From Candidatus Bathyarchaeota archaeon (GTDB taxonomy: Archaea; Thermoproteota; Bathyarchaeia; Bathyarchaeales; DTEX01), in NCBI GenBank assembly GCA_963714275.1, contig CAVQNT010000002.1:288001-352000 (forward strand): 64,000 bases of DNA, read 5' to 3'. Positions 1-10,781 of the stretch are shown piece by piece. Made by a program: the position numbers and the translations under genes. The stretch's first letter is position 1. Each line of letters begins with the position of its first letter. The notes beneath the pieces were generated by a model. The model saw only the letters and a program-made list of their open reading frames with translations, did not search any database and was not told the origin of the DNA.

Positions 1-75
1 CGGATGCTTATTTTAATTATATATAATAAAAGCTTATATCAATATTTATCTATATAACTAGAGGGTCGAAATGCA

Positions 76-264
76 ATGAGTAACGAAATATTTGGAAACA
101 GAAAGAAAATTTATGAGTTAATACAAAAGAAGGGCAAAGTTTCGCTTAAGGAAATTGGGGCCTCTACTGATGTTAATTACAATTCGATAAGAAGTGCGGT
201 TATTGGCCTTACGAAGGCTGGTTTGATAAAACGCGTCGATCGTGGCGTTTACCAAATTAAATAA
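76..264 (+). CDS. Small winged-helix DNA-binding protein
   Basis: 62 aa with wHTH pattern (SLKEIGASTDVNYNSIRSAVIGLTKAGLIKRVDRGVY); AT-rich promoter-like DNA upstream. Confidence 0.7.
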   Translation: MSNEIFGNRKKIYELIQKKGKVSLKEIGASTDVNYNSIRSAVIGLTKAGLIKRVDRGVYQIK

Positions 265-502
265 AGGTTTAAGTCCTGTTCCAAAACTAGTTCAAGTCAT
301 CTCCGCTTTTTCCACATCTAAGTATTATTAAACATTCCTATATTTTTATCAGAAAAGGTATTTTTTAGGTTATTCCCTCCCCTCAATATGTTGCTTAACC
401 GATACTCATATGTACAAAAATCACAACCTGTAATAACAGTCTAAACTAAGGTGGAAGAATTCCGTAAATCCTTTATAATCATATTTACCTAGAATTATAG
501 AT

Positions 503-1045
503 ATGGAAAACATTTATGATGAATATGAAATAGAATGGAAGCTGGCAGGCAATTCGAGAGAAACCCTGAGAAAAGACGTGGTCAACAAATTCTTATCTGA
601 ACCATGTGGGTATTGGAAGAATGGAGAAAAACACGTAACTCGTTTCAAATATTTTGTCGAGAAACTTGAGGATAGTAGAAGAATCTTCTTACTGAGACCA
701 ACATATCTAAACAAAGGCATAGATTTTCAAGTCTGGGTTGAAAGATTCAACGGAATCAAAGACCAGCGACCCAGTCACAAAGACATTTTCAATGACTTGA
801 AATTGAAGAAAAAGGAAAATCCAAAAGACTTCTCCAGACTCATTCAATTGATTGACGAGGTATGGAACTGTAAAGAACCCGATTCCATTTTAGATAAGGA
901 GAACAGATATGCATTCCGTGAGGGATTGCCAACCGAAATGCTCTTGAAAATTCTCAAATGGCTTTTCATAGAACAGGACATCACCTACTGGAACTATGAT
1001 GGCAGAAAAATGCTTAGAATGGCAATAGACAGTGAAACAAAGTAA
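503..1045 (+). CDS. Hypothetical protein, remote paralog of 2369..2905
   Basis: 180-aa ORF; RPSH..DLKLKK and KWLFIEQD motifs; no function recognised. Confidence 0.6.
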   Translation: MENIYDEYEIEWKLAGNSRETLRKDVVNKFLSEPCGYWKNGEKHVTRFKYFVEKLEDSRRIFLLRPTYLNKGIDFQVWVERFNGIKDQRPSHKDIFNDLKLKKKENPKDFSRLIQLIDEVWNCKEPDSILDKENRYAFREGLPTEMLLKILKWLFIEQDITYWNYDGRKMLRMAIDSETK

Positions 1046-1257
1046 CCATGCATCAAATTATTTCGCATCCGAATGCAGTGGAGATATCTCCCGAACACTT
1101 TAAGTTTCTTAGCGCGCGCTTGAGAAATTCATTCTCCATATATACCCTGATCCAAAATGCAAGTCATGAAAAAATGAAAAACATATAGTAAAGATCATTA
1201 AGTCAAACTATGCTAACTGAATAATGAACAACATCTCATTTTAGCGAGTCGGTAAGA

Positions 1258-2157
1258 ATGCTTGAGGAAGAAACTTTAGAGAAGTATCGTCGCGCAGGAA
1301 AGATAGCTGCAAAAGTCAGAGAAGAAATGAAGCGAAAGACCAAGGAAGGGATGCCGTTACTCGAAATCTGCGAAAAAACAGAACGCCTAATTACCAGCAT
1401 GGGTGGCAAGCCAGCGTTTCCTTGCAATGTTTCAGTTAATGAGGTTGCAGCACACTATACGTCTCCTCCCGACGACGCCCAAACGGTCCCAAATGACTCG
1501 TTGGTTAAGATTGATATTGGTGTCCACGTCGATGGCTACGTTGCTGACACCGCAGTTACAATATGTTTCAATCCTGAACTTGAAGGCATGGTTCAAGCCT
1601 CCGAGGCAGCGTTAGAAACAGCCGTCAAAACCGTTCGACCAGGCATACACACGTCTGACTTAGGCTCAGAAATACAGAGAACCATCGAACGCCGAGGGTA
1701 CAAACCTATTTCAAATTTGACTGGTCACCAAGTCGGACGATACATTATTCATACAGGAAAGTCGCTGCCGAATGTTACGCACATTTCCTTTACGAAGATT
1801 AATGCTGGAGATGTCTGCGCCATTGAACCTTTCGTGACTCTTAGGGACGCAGCTGGCAGAGTGGAGGATGGAACGGAAGCCTTCATTTTCAGGTTCGTTA
1901 AGCGGAAGCCAGTTAAAGACCTTGAGGCAGCGCAACTTTTAAAATTTATCGAGGAAGAATACCGAACGTTGCCTTTTGCTGAAAGGTGGCTAGAAAAATA
2001 CTATAAAGGTCACGAGTACAAAGCAGCATTCGCGAAACTGTTGGCTTCTAAGTGCATAATGTCTTACCCAGTTTTCATTGAGGCCAGTCAGAAGCCCGTA
2101 GCCCAATCTGAACACACAGTCTACATTGACAGAAATTCAGCTGTCGTTCTCACATGA
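1258..2157 (+). CDS. map: Methionine aminopeptidase type II
   Basis: AFPCNVSVNEVAAHYT, KIDIGVHVDGYVADTA, NLTGH, AIEPF, AQSEHTV metal-ligand motifs. Confidence 0.97.
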   Translation: MLEEETLEKYRRAGKIAAKVREEMKRKTKEGMPLLEICEKTERLITSMGGKPAFPCNVSVNEVAAHYTSPPDDAQTVPNDSLVKIDIGVHVDGYVADTAVTICFNPELEGMVQASEAALETAVKTVRPGIHTSDLGSEIQRTIERRGYKPISNLTGHQVGRYIIHTGKSLPNVTHISFTKINAGDVCAIEPFVTLRDAAGRVEDGTEAFIFRFVKRKPVKDLEAAQLLKFIEEEYRTLPFAERWLEKYYKGHEYKAAFAKLLASKCIMSYPVFIEASQKPVAQSEHTVYIDRNSAVVLT

Positions 2158-2368
2158 TTATAATTGAACCAACATATGGTTATTTTTTCTCTTCTTCCGT
2201 TTGAAAGATTCAAAAGCCGGAAGCGTTAACTTGAAATTTTTTTTGTGTTAGCACTAGTTAGATAGCCGATCCCTCTAGTTCCATCCAAGATATAACGGAT
2301 GCAATAAAAAACTATGGGATTACTTCGTATTCGGTAGGTTTTTAAGTTTTAAGAGTCTATTTGGTTTT

Positions 2369-2905
2369 ATGCATTTAAAATGCTCTGTTGAAGCTAAAAA
2401 TGGTGAACGAAAGCATTTATTTTCTTTTAAGGAATTTTATCTTAAAAATGGAACGATTATTGGTGTTTTTCAAGGTAGTTATGGGGATAATCCAGAACTT
2501 GATATGATTATAAAATATCAAGAAAAAGGAAAGAGAATTAGAACACCCAAGCACATTCATTGGGCTATTGATTTATTGATTAAGAAAGAACATGAGCCTG
2601 AATTAGTTAAGGATTTTGTCAAGTATTTAATCGAAATGTGGGATAAAATTAAGCCTTTTTTAACAAAGGCAGAACAACAAAACTGCGAATTATATTTCAC
2701 TAATCCTGAAAATCTTAAACCTTTTGAAAAACTTAATGATCATGGAGAATATTCAGTGGAATTTATCGGGCACATTATTGAGTTGATGATGCTTGAAGAA
2801 AAAACAGGCAATCATCAAGCATTTATGTTCAAGGGAGTTTTAGAAGCAATTTACAACGATAAAGAAATCTTCGAAATTGTTTCCAAAGCCAACTTTAGAG
2901 GCTGA
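2369..2905 (+). CDS. Hypothetical protein upstream of the methyltransferase pair
   Basis: 178-aa low-GC ORF; RTPKHIHWAIDLLIKK motif. Confidence 0.6.
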   Translation: MHLKCSVEAKNGERKHLFSFKEFYLKNGTIIGVFQGSYGDNPELDMIIKYQEKGKRIRTPKHIHWAIDLLIKKEHEPELVKDFVKYLIEMWDKIKPFLTKAEQQNCELYFTNPENLKPFEKLNDHGEYSVEFIGHIIELMMLEEKTGNHQAFMFKGVLEAIYNDKEIFEIVSKANFRG

Positions 2906-2980
2906 TTAGAAGATTAATTGAAATTTTAAGCAAGAGCCAGTTATAAAATCCAGAAATAGACTTACAGTCATATTCTCTGT

Positions 2981-3250
2981 CTAGATAGAAGTTAAACTCT
3001 CTATATCTTGTTTCGTAAGAATTTTCCTTTTAATACTTGCTGCTATCAATGAAACAAGTTCTTCTTTGAGCATAATCGGAGCATCTTGTTTGAATTTCCC
3101 ATTTTTCCAGTATGCAATTCTTATGGCTTCAACAGAATTTTTGGTTCCTTTTTCATCTTCTCTTTCATGAAGAATCTTCTGAATTTTATAGGTATATCTC
3201 TTATCTTTTGCCACTATAGAAGCTTCATCTCTAACTATAATTTTTGTCAT
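2981..3250 (-). CDS. Small hypothetical protein
   Basis: 89-aa ORF with purine-rich RBS-like sequence upstream. Confidence 0.5.
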   Translation of the reverse strand: MTKIIVRDEASIVAKDKRYTYKIQKILHEREDEKGTKNSVEAIRIAYWKNGKFKQDAPIMLKEELVSLIAASIKRKILTKQDIESLTSI

Positions 3251-3462
3251 ACAGACCCCTTTTTCTTGATTAATGTTATTAATTATATTGTTAGTACGAT
3301 GAATATTTCTTTATATCTTCCTAATCTGACTTCAGATGCAAGTACTAATTAAATAAAAAGGCTTCGCTGAAAAATTTACACAATCATTAGAATCTAAAAG
3401 CTCAGCTAGGCTTGACCAAATCTCTATAAAGTGCTTATGTGTACAATTCTTAACGAGCAATA

Positions 3463-4326
3463 ATGGAAACATTACTGAATGTCCCCTTGGGCAAGTCGCC
3501 ACGACCATTTGTAAAATGGGCAGGAGGAAAAAGTCAATTACTTGAAAGCCTGAAAAGCCATTTTCCAAAGGACTTTGGGACTTATTATGAACCTTTTCTA
3601 GGAGGCGGTGCTGTCTTTTTCTATCTTGTCGGTAAAAGGCCTCATTTTAATGCTGTTCTGTCGGATGTTAATGCGGAATTAATCACAACTTATCGTGTTA
3701 TAAAAGAGAAAGTTGACAGCCTCATAATGAATCTTGAAGAGCACAGGTTAAATTATAGAATGGAACCAAAGGATTACTTTTATAAAGTTAGAGCTGAAGA
3801 GCCTAAAGATGACGTTGAAAGAGTTGCTAGACTATTATTCTTGAACAGAACATGCTACAATGGTCTGTACAGAGTTAACAGTAAGGGCAAATTCAATGTC
3901 CCTTTTGGTCAATACAAGAATCCAAAAATCGTTGACAAGGAAAACTTGCGAAAAGTAAGCGAAGTCTTACGTGAGTCAAATGCTGAGCTACTTTCAGTTG
4001 ATTATCATGAAGCTACAAAAGATGCAAAAGAAGGCGATTTTATTTATTTTGACCCTCCATATCAGCCCTTGAGCATTACTGCTAGCTTTACAAGCTATAC
4101 TAATTCCGGTTTCTCGATTCAAGACCAAGAACGGTTAGGCAAGTGGTTTCGGGAGTTAGATAAACGAGGATGTCAGATTCTACTTAGCAATTCTGATACT
4201 AAAGAAGTGCGCCGTATCTACGAGGGATATGAAATTCGCCAAGTTCAAGCATTACGCGCTATTAACTGCAAAGGCAACCAGCGTAAGGGTCACACTGAAC
4301 TCATAATAAATAACCTCAAATCGTAA
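3463..4326 (+). CDS. dam: Dam/DpnM-family N6-adenine DNA methyltransferase
   Basis: KWAGGK, EPFLGGGAV (motif I), YNGLYRVN, DPPY (motif IV), LSNS. Confidence 0.93.
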   Translation: METLLNVPLGKSPRPFVKWAGGKSQLLESLKSHFPKDFGTYYEPFLGGGAVFFYLVGKRPHFNAVLSDVNAELITTYRVIKEKVDSLIMNLEEHRLNYRMEPKDYFYKVRAEEPKDDVERVARLLFLNRTCYNGLYRVNSKGKFNVPFGQYKNPKIVDKENLRKVSEVLRESNAELLSVDYHEATKDAKEGDFIYFDPPYQPLSITASFTSYTNSGFSIQDQERLGKWFRELDKRGCQILLSNSDTKEVRRIYEGYEIRQVQALRAINCKGNQRKGHTELIINNLKS

Positions 4327-4393
4327 CAATTCACATAATACACTTTTTAGTAGGAGTAGCTTCAGACTTCGTGAAATAGTGGAAGGGCACAAC

Positions 4394-5431
4394 ATGTCCG
4401 AGAAATATGTTTTCATGAAAGAAATCAAAGAACAAGATCTAAAGAAATTCCTTAAAAGGCATAAATTTGTTAAAATTGGGACTGCTGAAAACAAAATAGG
4501 GCAGCAAAAAATTATTACACAGTATCAACCAGAAGAATTTGAGCTAGAAAGGACCAATGCTTGGTCTTTCCCAAAAAGAGGCAAATGGGCAACACATCAA
4601 GGCAACTTCAGAGGAAACTGGCCCCCTCAAATGGCACGCAACATCATCTTAAGATATTCCAAACCAAACGAAACAGTTTTAGACCAAATGTGCGGTTCAG
4701 GCACAACCCTAATTGAATGCAAACTACTCGGAAGAAACGCCATAGGAGTAGATATTAACCAAAATTGCATCATGCTTACACGAGACAGACTCAACTTCGA
4801 ATATAACCCCCTTGACTCAAACTTTCCCAAAGTTTCAGCAAAAACCTACATCGGAGACGCCAGAAACCTCAACTTAATTAAAGATGAGACAATAGACCTC
4901 ATTGCAACACATCCGCCGTATGCAAACATCATCGCTTATTCAAATAGAAAGAACCAAGTCTCCGGGGACCTTTCGTTTGCTCGTTCACTCGTAGGATATT
5001 TGGATGGAATGCGGGAAATCGCCAAAGAAAGCTATCGGGTTCTTAGACCTGGAAGATACTGCGCAATATTAATTGGCGATACCAGAAAACATAGACACCA
5101 TGTACCGATTGCTTTCAGAGTCCTGCAGGCCTTCTTGGATGCGGGGTTTATCCTAAGAGAAGATGTAATGAAATATCAATGGCGAACCAAATCTACACGG
5201 GAGAAATGGGATGGCTTATCCAAAGTCGCTGAAGAATGCTGGGTAGACATAGACAATGAAGGAAAAAAAGGACGCTACACAGACTTCTTGCTCCTCATTC
5301 ACGAACACCTATTCATATTCAGAAAACCTGAAGAAGGAGAAGACTTGTCAACCCTAAAGAGTAGTATGAAATGGTGGAATGAAAACTCAGAGAATTGTGG
5401 TAAATACTCGATTAAGTTCATGAAAGGTTAA
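4394..5431 (+). CDS. Site-specific amino (N4-C/N6-A) DNA methyltransferase
   Basis: GNWPPQ, DQMCGSGTT (SAM binding), THPPY catalytic motif; start probably the ATG at 4394. Confidence 0.85.
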   Translation: MSEKYVFMKEIKEQDLKKFLKRHKFVKIGTAENKIGQQKIITQYQPEEFELERTNAWSFPKRGKWATHQGNFRGNWPPQMARNIILRYSKPNETVLDQMCGSGTTLIECKLLGRNAIGVDINQNCIMLTRDRLNFEYNPLDSNFPKVSAKTYIGDARNLNLIKDETIDLIATHPPYANIIAYSNRKNQVSGDLSFARSLVGYLDGMREIAKESYRVLRPGRYCAILIGDTRKHRHHVPIAFRVLQAFLDAGFILREDVMKYQWRTKSTREKWDGLSKVAEECWVDIDNEGKKGRYTDFLLLIHEHLFIFRKPEEGEDLSTLKSSMKWWNENSENCGKYSIKFMKG

Positions 5432-5899
5432 CCCTTGGCTTTTTTTGTTCCATTTGGGAAAGTTCATGGCAAAAACCTCGGGAATAACCCGTACCAACCA
5501 TTTGGAATGTTTGCTCTAAGAATAGGGATCGTATTATTTGGTGTCCGGTAATAAAAGACCACAATCGCCAAGGCTCGCGTACGTTGTGAATGTTGAACAT
5601 GGTGAGAATATTTCTAATTTGGTCTGGTTCTTCAATTATGTTTGCAGGAATCTTTTCTAATCCAAAATCTAATGCGCATTGCCATCGGCGTTCTCCATCG
5701 AGAATAACATATTTTCCGTCGCTTTTCCTTTCATAAATTAATAATGGAACAAGAATTCCCACTTTTTTATGGATTCTTTCAGAATTGCCATACTAGATGA
5801 AGGAAAGACTAATTGAGGGTTCTGTGGATTTCTTTCCACTTCCTTTGGGTCAACATAGGCAAGTTTACTTGGTTCAATAAGAGGTTGTTCAATGCCCAA
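5418..5899 (-). pseudogene. ParB/Srx N-terminal domain protein, frameshifted and truncated
   Basis: VERNPQNPQ..SIKK joins GILVPL..ILDGERRW across a frameshift in the T-run near 5762; C-terminus runs into the MTase end. Confidence 0.7.
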
Positions 5900-5989
5900 A
5901 ATAATTCACCTGACTCATTACTAGAATCGTGATGTGGTTTTATAAATATGAGTGATAAGCTGAGTTAGTTTGCTTTCTAAATCTAGCAC

Positions 5990-6589
5990 TTAAATTATCT
6001 GTCTCAGAAACTCAAGGTGAGCGAGTCTATGCTTAACAGTATCAATTGAAGCGCAACTACGAGGAACAGAAATGACATCATATTTTCCATTAAATCCTAC
6101 ATGCTTAGCTATAGAGTAGACATATCTTCGCCAGTATTCCTCATATCCTTCATGCTCCATCACAAGAATGAAGTGAGTTGCATTGAGGTTCATCTGTTTG
6201 TGATAACTCCTTCTATAGGTAGCTCTGTCAGCGCCATAATAAGTTTTAATTTTCACATCTTTCTTTAGAACCCTACCAAATTTCGTTTCATCTTTAATTT
6301 TGTAAAAGGTAGTATACTCAGGTCGCATCATTAATGCTAAGATTGTGTCACCAGTTATCTTTTTTAGGGTAACCCATCCAGATTCTATTTCCCAAACGAA
6401 AACAGACGGTTTAAACCGATTGCCTTCATTATAGAGCCATAAAACATCCGGATGATATTCAAATCTTTTATTTTTAATTTTATAATAGACATTTCCAGTG
6501 CTGGGTTCATATATATTTCTGTTTAATCCTAGTTCTATTATAGCATTCTTAACACGAGGGTGCCAATCCTGATTTCCCTGTTTAGCCAT
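5990..6589 (-). CDS. Putative PD-(D/E)XK-fold nuclease
   Basis: YHPDVLW...VWEIES motif; sits beside methyltransferases. Confidence 0.45.
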   Translation of the reverse strand: MAKQGNQDWHPRVKNAIIELGLNRNIYEPSTGNVYYKIKNKRFEYHPDVLWLYNEGNRFKPSVFVWEIESGWVTLKKITGDTILALMMRPEYTTFYKIKDETKFGRVLKKDVKIKTYYGADRATYRRSYHKQMNLNATHFILVMEHEGYEEYWRRYVYSIAKHVGFNGKYDVISVPRSCASIDTVKHRLAHLEFLRQII

Positions 6590-6893
6590 AAGAAACCCAA
6601 TATTCTGTATTCTTTGAATGCTATCTAAAGCTAGCTCACTCTAATACATAAAAGACAATGTGCGTCTCTCACTCCAACAGCCAAGACAGTGGTCTTGAAC
6701 ATCCCAGACATATATTATAGAGACCAACTTGGGCTGAGGATAAACCTAAAATAAAAATTGAACCCCTACTTAAAACAACTATCTAGCTCACTAAGTTTGA
6801 ACTAAACAAAAATGGTTGATTCGACTCTTAATAAATGGATTATCATATATAGAATGATGGTGCCAGGAAAGAGTTTTGTCGAGGTGATGTGGC

Positions 6894-7172
6894 GTGATTG
6901 TTTATCTTCGAAAAGCAAGAGATGCTTCTTCCACTAAATTATTTGAGTGGCGAAGCGAAGGTTCTGAAACTTGGAATCGCATTTCCTCTGAAGACATACA
7001 TATGGGTACACATGGTGACTTATTCGAGACGGCACTCTTTTGCCGTATTGAGGGGCGAGAAGAAACTGTTTTACTTGAGGCCTTCCTCACCATAGGAAGA
7101 GTAATAGCGCAGAAAAGACCCAAAAAAGCACACAGTCGTAAAACTAGGCTGGGAAAACCTAACGACGACTAG
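6894..7172 (+). CDS. Hypothetical protein
   Basis: 92-aa ORF preceded by GAGGTG RBS. Confidence 0.4.
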   Translation: MIVYLRKARDASSTKLFEWRSEGSETWNRISSEDIHMGTHGDLFETALFCRIEGREETVLLEAFLTIGRVIAQKRPKKAHSRKTRLGKPNDD

Positions 7173-7339
7173 CTGAGCTTCTGGTATGCGAGAACCTATT
7201 TGTCTTTAGTCTCTTTTGTTTTTAACACATCGATTTAGCATGCGCGCGCTAAAACCGCGTATGATGATTGCATAAAAACAGCAAACAGAAGTATCGTTGG
7301 GAATTTATAAACTAGTCTAGTAATTTGTAGATAAGCTAA

Positions 7340-7609
7340 CTATTCATAGATAATATCCACCAATTTTTCAAAAGTTTTTAGTTTTTTTAACCTTAACTTT
7401 TTAGTTTTAACTATAAGATGAAATTCACCTCTTTTGCAGTATATATGCCAAAGTGTACATCCTTCCATCCACATGTGCATACGCTTTTTACAGAAGGGGC
7501 AATAAACAGCTTTTCCATCAATTTTAGCAAGCTTATCCATCAGTATAGTTTCTTGATTTGAATCTTCTTCTCCATGAGTCCATATCCCAAATGCCCTCGG
7601 AATTCTCAT
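7340..7609 (-). CDS. Small Zn-finger-like protein
   Basis: CPFC...HIYC; GGTGAG RBS upstream. Confidence 0.5.
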   Translation of the reverse strand: MRIPRAFGIWTHGEEDSNQETILMDKLAKIDGKAVYCPFCKKRMHMWMEGCTLWHIYCKRGEFHLIVKTKKLRLKKLKTFEKLVDIIYE

Positions 7610-7826
7610 TATCTCACCATTTCCATTAGAAGAAACTATAATGATAAGTATCTAAAAATAGCTAGCTAGCTGCCAATAATAATCGACCAAGGGTTTTTTG
7701 GGATGATTTTGAGGTTGGGTTGGGATGTGGAGCCCAGTTCAAAGACCCTAGTAAGCATGAAAATACAGAAAATAACACTAATAAAGAGGAAAGAAGATTA
7801 AACTAATAGCATTAGTTGGGATATAT

Positions 7827-10153
7827 TTGAGTTCTTTCAAGGACCAATTGAGTGAACGTCTCTCGAATCTTGAAGATCTCTTGACAAGAAATAAATGGGA
7901 AGAATCTGTAGAGAGTTGTATCAAATTAATTGACATTGCGTTAACGGAAAAGTATAAATTGCTTTTTCATTCGTTAACCCCATCTGCGCAAAAGCAGATT
8001 CTTGAAGAACTTGAAAAACTGAATAAGCGATTTGATGAACTCCAATTCGGTGACAAGTCTACGCATTTTTAAGGAACATAAAATCTTGTCTTTCAACAAA
8101 ACATTTACTCTAAGTCGCATCACAGACCTTGATAACATCTTCATCATTAATGATCTGAGAGTCGAGTCTACTCATCCAACTAAGGTGGATAAGAAGTTTA
8201 AGGAAATCACAAAAGGTCTTTCCTATTTTAGTTACGCTGTAACTCTTGAATTTCTATCTGCATTGAATATGTTACCAATTGATTATGGGAAGGAACGTGC
8301 CCAAATATTCAACAATCTCCCGCCTTCCGACTGCATTGAATTCATTGGAAGAGAGCACCAAGTTCAGGAAGTTGTAGATGCCTTAATGAATGAGAGGTTC
8401 CCAATCGTTTCAATTGATGGCATCGGAGGAGTTGGTAAATCCACATTAGCAATAGAATGTGCAAGTAAACTTGCTGAGAAGAGCATCTTTGACGCCATCA
8501 TTTGGTTAGGAGCAAAAAAGCAAAAACTAACAAGTGAAGGAATCAAAGATATCGAAAACAGTTTTGAAAATCTCGAAGATCTCTTCACAGTCGTTTTGAA
8601 GGCTTTTGGTGCTTCCGATTTCCTTGAATACAACTTTGAAACTAAAAAAGCAAAAGTCTTAGAAATTCTCCAGAACAACGCTTGTCTAATGGTAATTGAC
8701 AATCTAGAAACAATAGAAGACCAGAACCTAAAGCGGTTTCTAATCGACGACCTTCCGCCCTTGCCAAAAACCCTGATCACAAGTAGAGAAAGATTAGGAG
8801 AACTCGAAAAAGTAGTGTGGCTTAAGGAGTTTTCATTAGATGAAACTGGAAAATACATACACTCACAATTGAAACACCGAGGATACACTGAACCTATCAC
8901 GGATATATTGATCAAAAGATTGCACGCAGCAAGTGGAGGTATACCTCTAGCCCTTAGAATATCAATTCCTTGGATAATAGAAGGTAAATTAGGACCTGGA
9001 ACCAGTGAAGATAAAGTTTTTGAGAAATCAGAAGTCCTAAAATTTTGTTTTGAAAAAGTATTTAACGATTTTCTTGATGAAGATACTAAAAATCTCTTCT
9101 TAATGATGTCTGTATCCCCAAGCGATATCAGTGAATCAGCGTTGAAGTTTATTTCTGGACTGAGCGAAGAAAAGTTTACTACAAATGTAAATAGTCTCAT
9201 AAAGTATTCGCTTATTTCAAAGATCCAATCAATAGAAACTGCTGAAACCTTGTTTTCAATGCTTCCTCTCACTCAACTGTTTGGCAGAAAACTTGTTGAA
9301 GAAAAACACAAGGAGATTCGAACAAGAGTGAGTCGCGAATATCTCAAATACTTCCAGATTACAAGCGATGAAAAAGTTTCAGCTAAAAGAGCGATGTCAC
9401 TTAACAAAGCAGAAGAAGCTATGAGGCTATCACGTGCAGGTAATGATTCAGAGGCCGAGTCTCTGTTTCGTGAAGCACTAAATTATGATAAAGACGATGA
9501 TTACGCTCTTTATTTGTATGCCATATTTTCCAAGGAAAGGCAAAATTATGGACAAGCGATGGAACTCATACAACGTGCAATAAATCTGCAAAAAGAGAAT
9601 CCCGTATACTGGATAGAATTTTCAAACATCCTAGAATTATGGGGGGACTTTAGGAAGGCTGAAAGGATCTTGGAAGAAGCCCTGAGGCGCTGTAGTCATG
9701 ACATGCGGATAACACAGAAACTGGTTGTGATAAAAGAGAGGTTGAACAAAATTGAGGAAGCAATGGCTCTTGCCGAGAAACATATCAACATGAACCCTGT
9801 AGACACAAAACAAACATTTCTGAACACGTTATTTGTAGTGGCTATCCTAGAAGGAAACTGGAGACTTGGCTGCCGCTATCGACAAACAAATCCTGACGCC
9901 AGTTTGGCATACTTCCTTGACAGCATGAAGAGCATGGAAAAATACAGAAGTGTCATACAACCAAACAATGCGAAATTGCAATTTCATGAAAAGAAAATCC
10001 TCAAAGCAATAGTGACTCTATCAACAAAAAGGCGATATTACGAATGCACGCCAATACTACGAGCGAAGTCTGTATTCCGTTGCATTTTTCGAGGATAGAC
10101 AGAAGCACAATGAAATAATCAACAAAAGAATAGCAGAACTCGGGAACTCGTAA
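7827..10153 (+). CDS. STAND (NB-ARC) NTPase with N-terminal HEPN-like domain and C-terminal TPRs; frameshifts near 8060 and 10030
   Basis: FIGRE, Walker A GIGGVGKS, Walker B VIDNLE, ITSR, GIPLAL; TPR-like helices; LRVESTH (Rx4H) near N-terminus. Confidence 0.85.
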
Positions 10154-10495
10154 GATATTCTTTCGTAAGAAGTGTCCAAAATTCTTGACTAGAGTTTTTG
10201 TCATTAGAAACTAGTCAGTGGTTATAATAGTGATTTCGAAGTAGACTTTCATGTCCTGAGTCAGCTAGCAAGGATTCATGATAGTTTTGAAGCCCAAGAA
10301 GAGTTCTAAACCCCCGTAAAAACGTTTCTATATATAGAAAAATGCCCTTCTAAGTTAGCTAGCTAGTACACAGTCCCATTAAATCCTTAATTAATGTTCA
10401 GCAGTTCTCCTTGGTAAAACCATGTAAAGAGTTTTTATACGTTCATTTTATGGCACTTCGTTAATAAAGTCTTTTGCGGGACTACCTACTAGCTA

Positions 10496-10560
10496 GGACA
10501 TGACAGGAAATGGGAAACCACGACTTTCGATCTTTAAGGGTATAAAAGCAAGACTGAACA
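10496..10560 (+). repeat. Decayed copy of 14089-14153 (5' end of the wHTH gene)
   Basis: GGACATGACAGGAAATGGGAAACCA.GACTTTCG.TCTTTAAGGGTA..AGCAAGACTGAACA occurs at both places. Confidence 0.85.
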
Positions 10561-10640
10561 AAATATATGGCTGAAAAAAATACTTTGCTAGCTAGTTAAA
10601 TTAATGGAGATAAATTAATAATTAATTGCAAGCCAAAAAA

Positions 10641-10781
10641 CTAAGCAACACACTTTTTCTTTTTTCTAATTTCTTTGATTTCTTCTGTCTTCGCCCAGTT
10701 AAGCACCGCAATTTCAAACTTTGCATCCAATATTTCTGAGTCATAATCACGTTTCTTTTCTTTTTTAACCGTCATCATCAT
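10641..10781 (-). CDS. 46-aa charged peptide coupled to the peptidase gene
   Basis: ATGA overlap with the 10778 stop; MMMTVKKEKKRDYDSEILDAKFEIAVLNWAKTEEIKEIRKKKKCVA. Confidence 0.45.
   Translation of the reverse strand: MMMTVKKEKKRDYDSEILDAKFEIAVLNWAKTEEIKEIRKKKKCVA

Noticed and set aside
8364-9272. 302-aa antisense ORF and other shadow ORFs opposite car/arg/ABC genes
   Set aside because: They overlap well-supported genes on the other strand and show no motifs.
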